IMG/VR virus record: IMGVR_UViG_3300032313_000500
Span: 54,471-118,470 of that record
Length of the DNA: 64,000 bases
From: a virus
Direction: 5' to 3' (one strand)
Shown here: piece by piece, positions 21,101 through 28,346 of the stretch
Layout of the letters: each line of letters begins with the position of its first letter
Position numbering within the stretch: the stretch's first letter is position 1
Made by a program: the position numbers and the translations under genes
The notes under the pieces: generated by a model
The model's input: the letters and a program-made list of their open reading frames with translations, nothing else
What the model was told of the DNA's origin: nothing
The model's database searches: none

Positions 21101-21758
21101 TGAGAGAGTATTGATGGATTCACCTGCATTTGAAGAACTTCTCAATGAATACGACATACCCCTGATGATTATTACAAAATCAGGAGTTGCTAAATATGCC
21201 GGAGGCACAGGCACTTTGTATCCCAACTCGGACAGGTGGAGAAACATTGAGGGCGAGTACATGACGGAATACGGTTTTATCGCATTTCCCGCACGTGTAG
21301 TTGACCAAGAAACAGTGAACAATGCCGTAAGTGATGGACCGCTACCGACAGATGACATTATCCGTCACGAGTTGTCTCACACTATCCACGCTATGGCGAT
21401 GGCTCAGAGTAAAAAAGCCCGCAAGAAGTACGAGGCCGACATTGCTGAATTTATTGAGAGAATGGAAGACGCTATTGACTACGCGGAACGGTCAGGCGCT
21501 ACGGAATTTGACATGAGGTCAGTCACTATGGACCCAGTAGACGATGCTCTCGCAGGAGAAATAAGTAGATACGCGCAGTCCAAGAGGGCCGAATACATCG
21601 CTGAACTGCTCACCCACATGCTTCCGGGCAAAAGAACCAAATATGTCTCACTTAAAGACGAGCACTTTAAGATGCTCTCAGAGTTTCTTGATATTCCAAT
21701 ACCTAGACTACGTGAACTGTACAATAAATCAATGGACAATAGGGCAGGGTGGCTGTAA
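12120..21758 (+). CDS. 3212-aa multi-domain effector (polyvalent) protein: 4 zincin metallopeptidases, ART-like domains, GF[AS]S linkers
   Basis: HEXXH at aa 264, 565, 960 and 3083, each followed by Y...E..AE; LYRG/LSAFT/IES ART triad; ten G[FL][AS]S linkers; possible leaderless start at ATG 12138 (TACAAT 6 nt upstream). Confidence 0.85.
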   Translation: MFYNESMPFSYDIEPNDSPRLRRHMSRVNSDDRLEVKALGPNLGQLARSAQVFDPNAYDGDGDGVVQDGTPFERPAVLSNIASVARGLASTTGGYGSYTPRGSWTVGLTNEQVAERAVPSTPAAFVEMMVAQQGSTGNLSDSVQKALDIAIFDEERVAELRDTLRNALDERPELRAAFDRFGCPPIGVHPNKDEDGEGIGYGGIAYGKQAIFITEKTLDKGAMSEWFGRRKFSAKVFSFTTFAPRVKGVDRAFTGESAEDIITHEWGHYLNHLVADIAPDPELRELAGALGQGSWYMSTYFTRIPPKVKRMFEYFDGAMKSGEKVDQPVGVPFVKSVYGTSMPCEFFAESVAAYFSPRRKSRELLNDEGIEIVEQMLGIRGASRSGFASRTGSLKSSTGSTLRGKTPQEIADIVVPKTKAEAIALSDAHNALLTDPDGVRYTASEPDKLKIIIPKGIDAMDFSPEAVSRMKEMVVEALSNNPEFHEAVQRFGMPPVLITKPGERLDGAYAIAGVEGFPAITIDSTMREQALAKGWWPNGIYEDEPFIKGTEGFSTSPTSEGFFIHEWAHYLNRLALDIHPDEEMRELARFWWNDTWILNAAIPRLTRFLRGLGKPKTRIDARYRGADKFYWATRDNKSVDFTGYPHVKTQYGQSQPAEAFAEAVAAVLSKDVDDKELVSPEMRRDVLDMLGFSPSVKEIDRAGSSEGRGSGFASKTVTRGPDGTRIINTSDPFTPLSGSDWLKDATDDEVADAVTPTSIDDAIALTIMNTSYGDDPANYPAEEAKVRQIMTDHIFKFYGRDSNGQIATDANGKPISFSVPYDFSPQGRQTVKDMVKRMMAESPEFSWMIRRFGCPPMMVIDEAKLTQLNNQVEQMRLAGQDISLPFHLANGAVGGFSVGTYGITLRPDPTTDNLPMGFYRGLAAKRKTGRIITNPDGSREEEKEHWMNNFGLSLADKAIHEWAHWFYATVKGNKGLLGKSRRGDRKSRLSYLFPGIPMADAEKMTKEFLDAFDADGFIPFNGMSAQYLERIMTTARRSINRNLGNKPLTEQLLADARFVDLINDYVNNVINAPNDWSPSQAQEFADQIAIEFPYLVDDMPPLIAGTYATATRQELWAEAILLFSSPDRKLKAKYLTPEIEAFIAYALGLKPDRDPSTPYQKPWAHRSGLSSSSRVRRLHAAQDSIDERVSDKDDGFASRNAGDAKSTTVKMSRETSSTSRFTVGDYEFDITDEDLSTYDWDTAYDQWTTWSGNWRMRHLSSAMMGIEQQPTKGGEESLSTVHEVMRSGELLDAPNHVKDSVRESLINTHKTMEKISMGDTVSDRPLYRGLGSVPDDSEILMAEQGETITFPLSAFTPDRGLATTFADMNAESDKKVILQLQNGAHVASSDYTTQIRDLESDWVEVPIESVTQGEFTVVSKREQDGYTVVELSHSKTFDPLSGKMVDTNVREGFASSSMRPERRVSDSAIRTLTDNMDFLRDNPPMGKGGKDLDDRWAEQTIGKLRSGEITQEDAFDLMNAVIEILSDGFSKDPSQKENPEGKLLAYQKLVKRLRKLAVGGMSKDDMDDLRREQGIIPTVTNKPKPTPYAGGRFGFSSTTRREELSTRAQERIDAIDAQVEELESFNRRLMRAISELQATGNWEGEKHDVFLKEGNSPKTYTKEQLESNGWTQRVREESARAHLDREMYVNSLKRERNDLEDSQKRLAGEYPETTMLVDELLLDEDNVESILARSLEVDSMSQQQRAERFTDPNDPNAVYVVHFGATKLEGGQLDPSRSRGQVGQGIAGNTRQINDETARYMVGLRDDAKRDLSILEEMKRQIETDGVIDFDAIARTDTRDSFRAGRARLLLGLNRRDPERSTHIPEGWQVSNIDGAIGDKNNVISRLDKVADQLIADDYQYTSTYRASALQDLLGSYGGRYAEGDSTEWGDNARRSTTTGIHIFKVRIGDDAVEQNSVGETHLVGKHTPIASLVVDSSANDDNPAREIWKGWLDSVIEQDIGKNNARRSGFASRASVRESSRVIGEDGDASKPSILGRAKDKLKLNDRQVGHINSMTNKMHSIFTSGKIYDEPIHPAIDDRRKELLDSIRVVRAEGGMTMIVAEPNPVFNAYLPVKRDWASIELPSREAVAEAIEKLKSNKGGRRSDTYGSGAFTDHLESLLQEIGKLGEGPGDLPYEGGEGNYISYVQQYYDSIRNPVGASRLLQGSDGMHDAFGHFGTGRGYDRHGEWANYLAMKDMIDASPLTDEEKEDAHRFWFREYGWLQFAKRGDLEEVDDNLRFMADDYDGPFSDILEIIDSGHNGLDDVPEEETPSGKTISDTSASELRQAARNDAEAQLEMSRSGFSSTTRDTGRNREVSAEYTQGIFGKLKALKERLGYGKDFEEKVSKEKLDTRIEETAAYAKRIIDWDAGKDVVLPQSAIDYIKDVVARNAFFTSDKRADGGASLIPIQAALSKSSPDVWPIGTPLPPSLALEISRQIHIARGDTEMVAKIDEFKNYLKTVTPEQLSEDIRAASLVYGESIDKRVLVRTRSVNPFIKGSRTILTQHDREEREAAGVESMNMMGDGITTSARRKVEANLLGLPFEEGVEDSPEVRELRPTSGYVTTSKTALARKEKFKEIYGDDVELMYDGPAGTALEHSQNNTGKYGPSQFVLRPAVAERTRVFDADTVDMSLKDNPPLQLSALEEDGIFLGGTTNPIGMLYDYKTGDTYPTPSGAFEGSSDTHSSQGTAASYKEALVLGRFKPEEVEAIIAAPADFRKEDGELSERLNPNNEANFSLLIDMARSRDELMQEHGIEVVPNIRRGVFKTDDVEMFNPAMTDVWFDTNFADKGLSKEEIVPDKSTTPYEAYLRVLIATGELPEMFEYRGPSGKSEEEKDAWKRDALKKELARVVSLKKDKEVSGTRSPGFSSRSSRASAKKITKNFKVNGKPRKAPVDRDELIRRAVPQNAADMMRIIEESPYMEGKKSKQEIYELINMMDIDWVAQQKMRLKLERVLMDSPAFEELLNEYDIPLMIITKSGVAKYAGGTGTLYPNSDRWRNIEGEYMTEYGFIAFPARVVDQETVNNAVSDGPLPTDDIIRHELSHTIHAMAMAQSKKARKKYEADIAEFIERMEDAIDYAERSGATEFDMRSVTMDPVDDALAGEISRYAQSKRAEYIAELLTHMLPGKRTKYVSLKDEHFKMLSEFLDIPIPRLRELYNKSMDNRAGWL

Positions 21759-22381
21759 AGATGATACCTAAATCAGAAGACGACATGAATGCCGTAGACA
21801 TTTATGACTTACAAACAATGCTTGCTTCCGTTGATGACTCTGAAACCCAACAGAGAATCATTTCACTGATAGACAAACTTTCGTCATCAGCCCCTTCTCG
21901 TGAAACAGTAAGAGGCAAGTCGGTTCAGTGGGTAGACCTAGCAACAAAGTCGTTCGTACTGGATGCCCCGTCATTTGACATCAAGTCCCTGAACTACACA
22001 ATGCCCGAAGTGCGTGAAAGAATCAAGAACCGTATTATGGCTGGCGACAAGGGTGGCAAAGCAGGTCAATGGTCTGCTCGCAAGGCGCAACTACTCGCTA
22101 TGGAGTATCGTAAAGCAGGTGGTGGCTACAAGGGTGGTCTACGCAAGACCCAGCGTTCGCTCAAGAAGTGGACACGAGAGAAATGGACAACATCAGATGG
22201 CAAACCAGCGATTCGTAAAAACGGCACTCGTCGCTACCTTCCTTCTTCTGCTTGGTCTCGTCTTACGCCAGCACAGAGGACAGCGACGAATCGTAAGAAA
22301 ATCATCGGAAGTCGGCAAGGCAATCAGTTTGTTGCAAATACACGAAGTGCAGAGAATGCTTCGCGCAGAGCAAGAGACTGA
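21749..22381 (+). CDS. Basic conserved phage protein (DUF5872-like), putative head component
   Basis: RERIKNRIMAGDKGGKAGQWSARKAQLLAMEYRKAGGGY and QRSLKKWTREKWTT motifs; family name from memory. Confidence 0.65.
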   Translation: MAVKMIPKSEDDMNAVDIYDLQTMLASVDDSETQQRIISLIDKLSSSAPSRETVRGKSVQWVDLATKSFVLDAPSFDIKSLNYTMPEVRERIKNRIMAGDKGGKAGQWSARKAQLLAMEYRKAGGGYKGGLRKTQRSLKKWTREKWTTSDGKPAIRKNGTRRYLPSSAWSRLTPAQRTATNRKKIIGSRQGNQFVANTRSAENASRRARD

Positions 22382-22573
22382 AGTTATCCCCGGCCGGGAC
22401 GAGTCCCGATAGTCTTTACCACTTACCGAGTGGACAAGCCTCACCTACAAAACGCACCTTCATAAGCAGTGGGCAACCACAAACCTTGCAGGTCTTCTTC
22501 CACTTCTTCATGTGTGGACATTCTTTACAGATTGCGTATCTACGAGCAGCGATTGACGCTGATACTTCTTCCA

Positions 22574-22894
22574 TTAGCGCATTCTGCGCTGACATTTAAG
22601 GCAGAACTCCGACCACGGGTAGTACCTGCGCATGTTTATAGGGTGAGAACAGTCAATTATCTCCGTGACCTTGGCATTCACCGTGTCTCTAATCATCTGA
22701 GACATGGTAAGACCAATCTTCTCGGAGGCTTCCTTCCAGCGTTCCCTATCCTTATTCGTCAAGCGAACGAGAATGTTCTTGTCGGCAGGACCATCTTCTG
22801 GTGAAACCTCAGTAGACATAGACATGTCGCCATGTGCTTCACGGTCAATAGCCGAAACTAGATTACTAATCTCTTGGTCTTTTTCACTCATCAA
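22574..22894 (-). CDS. Ribbon-helix-helix protein with C-terminal Cys/His motif
   Basis: KNILVRLTNKDRERWKEASEKIGLTMSQMIR; C-H...CLKC. Confidence 0.65.
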   Translation of the reverse strand: MMSEKDQEISNLVSAIDREAHGDMSMSTEVSPEDGPADKNILVRLTNKDRERWKEASEKIGLTMSQMIRDTVNAKVTEIIDCSHPINMRRYYPWSEFCLKCQRRMR

Positions 22895-23486
22895 CTATCT
22901 CTGCGTCCTGTATTGGTGCTTGCCCGAGGATACCAGCAACCATGTCTGGTGGAAGTACACCCGAAATACCCATGATTTCCAATAACTTACGAGCCTCTGT
23001 CTCTGGGTCAAAGGCGTCAATAGCAGCAGGGCGACCCCCTTCGCCAGCAAGAGTTGCTTTCACCGACTCCGAGCCCCGTACATCCATCTGAACATTGATG
23101 TTAGTGGCTTCCATGCCAAGAAGTTTAGTTCTTCTGTCCATGATTGAGAGAACTTGTTGTATCGCTTTGAGGTCTGGTTCTACTGCCACCTCGGTGCCGT
23201 CGTCCATTCTTACCTTTCGGTGCTGAGTAAGTGGCCAGATTGCTGCTTGTAGGTTGTCTAGGCGTTCCAGTTCCATGCGTAACACCTCTGGGTACGCCAT
23301 GAGTGCTTCTCTGTTCAGTTTCTCTAACTGACGCTGTACAGCCCTGTGTACGGAAGCAGACGTAAGGTCAAACCTTCTGGCAATTTCAGATACTGCTACG
23401 CCAGCCTGTCTCATCTTGAAAATACGTAAGTCTCGCTCTGCGATGAACTCTTTCGTCATCACTTTATTACTGCGCTCTTGACTCAT
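22884..23486 (-). CDS. HTH protein, terminase small subunit-like
   Basis: RDLRIFKMRQAGVAVSEIARRF HTH; ELERLDNLQAAIW and DLKAIQQVLSIMDRRTKLLG pattern seen in actinophage TerS-like proteins. Confidence 0.6.
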   Translation of the reverse strand: MSQERSNKVMTKEFIAERDLRIFKMRQAGVAVSEIARRFDLTSASVHRAVQRQLEKLNREALMAYPEVLRMELERLDNLQAAIWPLTQHRKVRMDDGTEVAVEPDLKAIQQVLSIMDRRTKLLGMEATNINVQMDVRGSESVKATLAGEGGRPAAIDAFDPETEARKLLEIMGISGVLPPDMVAGILGQAPIQDAEIVDE

Positions 23487-25216
23487 TTTGTTACCTTAGC
23501 GTACTCCACTACTTCAAACGGGAAAAGCCTACCCCTCTTTATCTTGGTAGGCCATGGCCTGTCGTCACGAGCACCTCGGAAATGCTTGACATCATAAGTG
23601 TACGCCATGCCAGACGAAATGTCAGGAGTGAGCGCAATACCAAACTCCGGCCAACGGGACCACACAGCAGAACCAAACGGGCGCAACTGACGATTTGTCA
23701 TGCTTTCTCCCAAAGGTGCGTGATGCTCCAACCAAAGAGCACACTGATACGAATCTCTGATGTAGTCAAGATACTTGGCAACCTCAACGGCTACTGCTTC
23801 TGCCGTGCGACCACCTGGGTCTACGAATGCCTTGTACAGAGGACCCATGATGAGCAACTCTGGCTTCGTATCCTCAATGGCACGCTCCAACACTTCTCTA
23901 TCTTCTGGCTTCATCAAATCAAAACCCGATGGCTTGACGAGAAGTTCTGCTGTTGGCGACTTCGTGTAGCCCCGAGCAAACGCAGCATTGTAGATTTCAC
24001 GAGAAGTACGCCTGATGATGCGCTCTGGGTTTTCCAAGTCCACAGTCAATGTACGTACTTGTCGCATGCGTTGATAAGTGAACGGGTGTACGCCACAACC
24101 TGAAAGTATTGCTACCTGTCTAGCAAGCATTGTCTTACCAACGCCTTCGGCAGCAACAACAATAACTCGTTCTGTGCGCTCAATCAAATCGTCAATGACC
24201 CAATCGTAAGTGTCATCACTGCTCTCGGAAACAAACTCACTCCACGATACTAGTCTGCCAAAATCTCTCGGCTTGTCTCTACCTGCTGACATCGCAATGC
24301 CTTGCGCTTTGATAAGCAATTGATGTGGCGACAAGTCGTTGCGAAGCATTAGTTGCTCAAGTTTGTTCCTCGCCTCAATAAATACGTCAGGGTTAGAGAC
24401 AACTTCAACCATCGGAGCGACTTCAATAGTCGGGGCAGTCGGTGCCGGCGTGTCTTCGTCAAGCAATAGGAGTTCATCTATGTCTCCACCGAGCGACAGA
24501 AAGTCAGTTATGTCTTTGTATTTCGGTGTGTGCCAAACTCGTGCTTCGCAACCAGCCTTTGACAACTCGCTACATACCGTCTTTGCGTGAGCCATCCCTG
24601 GTTCGTCATTGTCGGCAATAATCTCAACTTCTGCGCCAGCGAGAACTGCTGTGTGTATCGGCAACCACTTACCAGCACCTCCTGGCATTGTCGTTGCGAT
24701 AATCCCCATGTCCATGAGAGTGTCGGCATCTTTTTCACCCTCAACAACCCAAATAGGGAAACCCTCTTTTACGGCATTGATGAGTGCTGGAAGATTGTAA
24801 AGAACTTTTGGTGTGTCGCCGAGGGAGTATTCCCATCCACCTCTACCGTCGGGCTTGCGTTGTCGGAATGTTTTCTTCCCATCACCGTCAATGTAACGGA
24901 GTTTCTGGAATAGAAGTTCTCCGTCTTTATCAGTGTAGTTGTAAGTTTTAGTAAGTTCAAGTTTTTCTTTGTTACGTTTTTGTGGTGGGAACAAAGATGC
25001 TTGCGTCAAACCAATTGATTCGCAAATTTCCTTACTGCTGCACGGCGAGCCCCGATGACACGAAACCAGAATGTTTCCAGTGTTGCTATCTTCGGAGATT
25101 GACAGAGATGGATTATCGTCATCATTACGACACGGGCAACGTGCTTCCCATCCGTTAGAAGTTTCGCTTACGCCTTTTAGACGAGAAAGAAACTCGTCTG
25201 TATGCGAAGAGGACAT
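23483..25216 (-). CDS. Primase-helicase (Zn finger + TOPRIM + RepA/AAA_25 helicase)
   Basis: CPC..DD.PSLS...LVSCH.G.PC; VVEGEKDAD; IADND.PG; AAEGVGKT Walker A; LIMGPLY; HH...; GS..WSRWPE. Confidence 0.9.
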   Translation of the reverse strand: MSSSHTDEFLSRLKGVSETSNGWEARCPCRNDDDNPSLSISEDSNTGNILVSCHRGSPCSSKEICESIGLTQASLFPPQKRNKEKLELTKTYNYTDKDGELLFQKLRYIDGDGKKTFRQRKPDGRGGWEYSLGDTPKVLYNLPALINAVKEGFPIWVVEGEKDADTLMDMGIIATTMPGGAGKWLPIHTAVLAGAEVEIIADNDEPGMAHAKTVCSELSKAGCEARVWHTPKYKDITDFLSLGGDIDELLLLDEDTPAPTAPTIEVAPMVEVVSNPDVFIEARNKLEQLMLRNDLSPHQLLIKAQGIAMSAGRDKPRDFGRLVSWSEFVSESSDDTYDWVIDDLIERTERVIVVAAEGVGKTMLARQVAILSGCGVHPFTYQRMRQVRTLTVDLENPERIIRRTSREIYNAAFARGYTKSPTAELLVKPSGFDLMKPEDREVLERAIEDTKPELLIMGPLYKAFVDPGGRTAEAVAVEVAKYLDYIRDSYQCALWLEHHAPLGESMTNRQLRPFGSAVWSRWPEFGIALTPDISSGMAYTYDVKHFRGARDDRPWPTKIKRGRLFPFEVVEYAKVTK

Positions 25217-25575
25217 TATCGTGCTGCTTTTTCTAGGAATTGACCACCGTTTGCATCACGAAGTCCTACGCCTCTGAAAACTATGCGACCTTCACGACCG
25301 AGAGTAACATTCTTGGACCAACGCATTTCTGCTCGTTGTTGTTCTTCGTATCCACCCCAGATACCCCATGGCTCCCATTTGATTGAATACTCTAAACACT
25401 GCACGGCAATAGGACATGTAGAACAAATCTGTTTTGCCTTTGACGTGTTGACTTTTATTTCGTTTAGTTCTTCACGCTTCCCAGTTTTTTGTAGAGGGAA
25501 CCACCACTCTGTTGGATAACCCTTGCAGTTACCATTCTCTGGTGAAAAACTACCCTGTTCCAAATCAACTCCCAT
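25216..25575 (-). CDS. whiB: WhiB-family transcription factor
   Basis: Cys-X..-CSTCPIAVQC and WGIWGG turn. Confidence 0.92.
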   Translation of the reverse strand: MGVDLEQGSFSPENGNCKGYPTEWWFPLQKTGKREELNEIKVNTSKAKQICSTCPIAVQCLEYSIKWEPWGIWGGYEEQQRAEMRWSKNVTLGREGRIVFRGVGLRDANGGQFLEKAAR

Positions 25576-25990
25576 GCTGTTGCCCCGTTATTCTACGCAC
25601 ATCTCTTTCAGTAAGAAAAATCGTTGCGTAGCGCATCCGAAGGTTACCTGCGTCATCTGTCATTACAACGTCAACAGCATCAATTGGTATTCCAAAATGT
25701 GATGATAAAGATGCTTTCATCATTTGCGTTTCTGTTTCTATTGATGCGAGTTCATCATCATCAATAAAAGTAGCGCGAGGTTGTGCGATTGCTAACGAAG
25801 CCATCGTTGTCTCCACCTTCTCTGCACGCAAACACCACACGCACGCAAGTTTTGGTGCAGTCGCTGCTCTCGGTCGTTGTTCTATGTGACCACACGAAAG
25901 AACATGGTGATAAGTAACGGAGCCCCAGCCTCCAACTCGCCTTATCTCTACGACGTCTCTACGGGGCGCACGGCGATGTTCTGTCGTCAT
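25565..25990 (-). CDS. Hypothetical Zn-binding protein
   Basis: HVLSCGH and CVWC motifs. Confidence 0.6.
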   Translation of the reverse strand: MTTEHRRAPRRDVVEIRRVGGWGSVTYHHVLSCGHIEQRPRAATAPKLACVWCLRAEKVETTMASLAIAQPRATFIDDDELASIETETQMMKASLSSHFGIPIDAVDVVMTDDAGNLRMRYATIFLTERDVRRITGQQHGS

Positions 25991-26005
25991 GAGTCATACA
26001 ATAAC

Positions 26006-26033
26006 AAAACCCCACCCGAATAAACGGATGGGG
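26006..26033 (-). terminator. Terminator downstream of ssb
   Basis: CCCCATCCG-TTTATT-CGGGTGGGG-TTTT on the minus strand. Confidence 0.7.
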
Positions 26034-26075
26034 CGTTGTATCTACCGTTTCGCACTCACTGGTGCGACTTACGAT

Positions 26076-26507
26076 TTAGAAAGGTTCGTCTGATGGAACT
26101 GTTTCTTTGGTTCGCTTAGGTGTCGGCTTCGCTGACGAATCATTTGATGAAGCACGACGACGCTCAATTGATTCAAGTGAACCGGTACGGATTCCGATTT
26201 CCATTGCCTTGATTTCAATTGTTGAACGCTTCTGTCCAGAATCTTTGTCGTCCCATGAACGTTGGTCCAGAGTCCCGACGATGACCACGCCCACACCCTT
26301 TTCCAGCACATTCGCTGAGTTCTCTGCGAGGTATCCCCATGCGACGATGTTGAAGAACGATGTCTTCTCCACCTTCTCACCAGAAGCATCCACATAGTTG
26401 TCGTTCACAGCGACAGAAAACTTCAACTGAGCCTTCTGATTAGAAGTGAACTTCAGTTCTGGGTCTGATGTGAGGTTTCCCACAATTGTTGTTGGTGTAA
26501 TTGCCAT
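26076..26507 (-). CDS. ssb: Single-stranded DNA-binding protein
   Basis: TIVGNLTSDPELKFT, FFNIVAWG.LAEN, KG..V.IVG.L.QRSW, acidic C-terminal DEPF; GGAG RBS before ATG 26507. Confidence 0.95.
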   Translation of the reverse strand: MAITPTTIVGNLTSDPELKFTSNQKAQLKFSVAVNDNYVDASGEKVEKTSFFNIVAWGYLAENSANVLEKGVGVVIVGTLDQRSWDDKDSGQKRSTIEIKAMEIGIRTGSLESIERRRASSNDSSAKPTPKRTKETVPSDEPF

Positions 26508-26562
26508 GTTGTTTTCTCCAATGTTCGGGGGGTTGTCCAACTGGTTGTAAGACTACCTTCTT

Positions 26563-26856
26563 ATGTGTAGAATCGCAACTATGAGTAAAAAAAACGAGTT
26601 TGAAGTTCGCCTTGAGGTAATCAAGCACATGTCAATCATGCTTCTAGAGATGTCGGAAGTTGATTTTGAGAACCTGAGCCCCGAAGACGAGACAATGATG
26701 TTGGAAGACTTTGAGGAAGTTGCTGGTCATCTACTTGACTCGGTCGGTTTTGAGCCCTCAAGTAGCGAAGATGGCGTCAGTTTTACGGCAAAAATGAGCA
26801 TTATGGACCCCGAAAAATACATTACAGATTTTTTAGACAAAAGTGGTGATTCCTAA
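26563..26856 (+). CDS. Acidic hypothetical protein
   Basis: 97-aa ORF; probable start at MSKK (26581). Confidence 0.6.
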   Translation: MCRIATMSKKNEFEVRLEVIKHMSIMLLEMSEVDFENLSPEDETMMLEDFEEVAGHLLDSVGFEPSSSEDGVSFTAKMSIMDPEKYITDFLDKSGDS

Positions 26857-26924
26857 CCCTTACCCCACAAGGGTTTCCCGAGGCTGAAATCTTAATTCCT
26901 TGCTACGCAAGGGTTTCGCAATGG

Positions 26925-26952
26925 TTGACGTAGCCATAAAAATTGGTAAAAT
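26925..26952 (+). promoter_or_regulatory. Sigma70-type promoter of the Rpf-like gene
   Basis: TTGACG-16 nt-TAAAAT. Confidence 0.55.
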
Positions 26953-27028
26953 AGTTATGTTCAGTTAAAACACTGACGACGACATAGGCAAGCGCCTGTT
27001 ATTTGCTTGTTGACCTATCCGCCGAACA

Positions 27029-27829
27029 TTGGAGAACACCTTGACCAGAAAACACTTCTTATTGGCTTTTGCCATCTTCTTTGTTGTATTAATACCAGCA
27101 GCGGTATTTGCTCAAAGTCCACCGCAAGACATTTCCACCGGGACTGTCACAGTGGTGGTGAAGGAGGTGATGTCAAAAAACAGTGTGTTAATAAGGTCAA
27201 CTCTCACAAAAAACGACAAAGCCACAGCAACGCTAGAGTTCTGGAACCAACTCGCAGTGTGTGAAACAAACAGCAACTGGCAAGATACGGGTCAATACGC
27301 AGGTGGCTTAGGTATCTACACAAAAGGCGAGTTCCCTGATTCAGACATGGGTACTTGGGAACGATGGGGTGGTGAAGAGTTCGCTCCTTCCCCTGACAAA
27401 GCAACCAAAGAACAACAAATCATTGTCGCTAACCGTATTTCGGTAGAAGGTTGGAAAACAACAGTCACTCGTGACGCAGACAAAGCCAGACGCATGGGTG
27501 TCCCGCAGGTGTATGTATGGGATAAAGAACCAGTCGGATTTGGTGGTTGGGGTTGCTACAAATCAAAGTCAACAGGCAAGTACAGAATGGCTAAACCTCG
27601 CCTCTATTATCACGACAAACCACACTTAGTTCCTCTTGCTCAGTTCTATTTCAATGAGCGAGGCATTATTGTCAAAGACTTGCAAACTTTCCTTCGCATC
27701 ACAGTAGACGGACACTACGGAGTCAAGACTAGAGAAGCCCATTCTAAATGGCTCAAAAGCAAGCGTCTCCCCACCGAGGGAGTGCCAGCAATACCTACAC
27801 AGCGAGTGGTAATTACTTCAACAAAGTGA
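27029..27829 (+). CDS. Secreted Rpf-like lytic transglycosylase with C-terminal peptidoglycan-binding-like region
   Basis: Signal peptide; W.QLAVCET.SNW..TG.Y.GGL...TW..WGG.EFAPSP.KATKEQQI.VANRI (resuscitation-promoting factor core); VKDLQTFL.ITVDG.YG.KT. Confidence 0.85.
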   Translation: MENTLTRKHFLLAFAIFFVVLIPAAVFAQSPPQDISTGTVTVVVKEVMSKNSVLIRSTLTKNDKATATLEFWNQLAVCETNSNWQDTGQYAGGLGIYTKGEFPDSDMGTWERWGGEEFAPSPDKATKEQQIIVANRISVEGWKTTVTRDADKARRMGVPQVYVWDKEPVGFGGWGCYKSKSTGKYRMAKPRLYYHDKPHLVPLAQFYFNERGIIVKDLQTFLRITVDGHYGVKTREAHSKWLKSKRLPTEGVPAIPTQRVVITSTK

Positions 27830-27841
27830 TACATTCACAGC

Positions 27842-28183
27842 ATGTACTCATCACCACTTGAAGACCCAACGTTCAGAGTCCCGAACCTAACAGTTGGGGA
27901 AGTTGAACTCCTGCTTAGCGATAACGCAGAAACAATCAAACTCCTGCTTGGTGTGGTACGTGAATGGTTCGTTCCAATGATGTATCACTACTCTGAGGAG
28001 TATTGGTGCGCTGGCTGGCTTCAAGACCTTGAAGTGCAACTCCCTCAAATGATTCCTTCAGTGGCCATCGCCGCGGGACTTCTGGGAGAAATACCTTTCT
28101 GGGATGATTCGGTGGAGTTGAAAGACTTTGATGTAGACCCAATTCGTTGGAAAAAGTACGATGTCACGCAAATCGCTGATTGA
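27842..28183 (+). CDS. Hypothetical protein
   Basis: 113-aa ORF; YSEEYWCAGWLQDLE. Confidence 0.65.
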   Translation: MYSSPLEDPTFRVPNLTVGEVELLLSDNAETIKLLLGVVREWFVPMMYHYSEEYWCAGWLQDLEVQLPQMIPSVAIAAGLLGEIPFWDDSVELKDFDVDPIRWKKYDVTQIAD

Positions 28184-28346
28184 CCAATACGGTTCCGAAG
28201 TAATACTCCGTTGTAAATGTGGAGACATTCCCTCGCATATGATGGATATGAAAGTCCCGAGATGCCCAGTATGCCGTGAGGTTACGGAAGTTCTTTTTGG
28301 TGCTAACTGGGAATCAATAAAAGATAAATACAAATAAAAGTTGTAT

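Noticed and set aside
12120-21758. Tape measure or virion RNA polymerase identity for the giant protein
   Set aside because: No tape-measure repeats or TM block and no DxDGD/DFDGD polymerase context; the N-terminal DGDGDG is in a short leader, and the domains are peptidase- and ART-like
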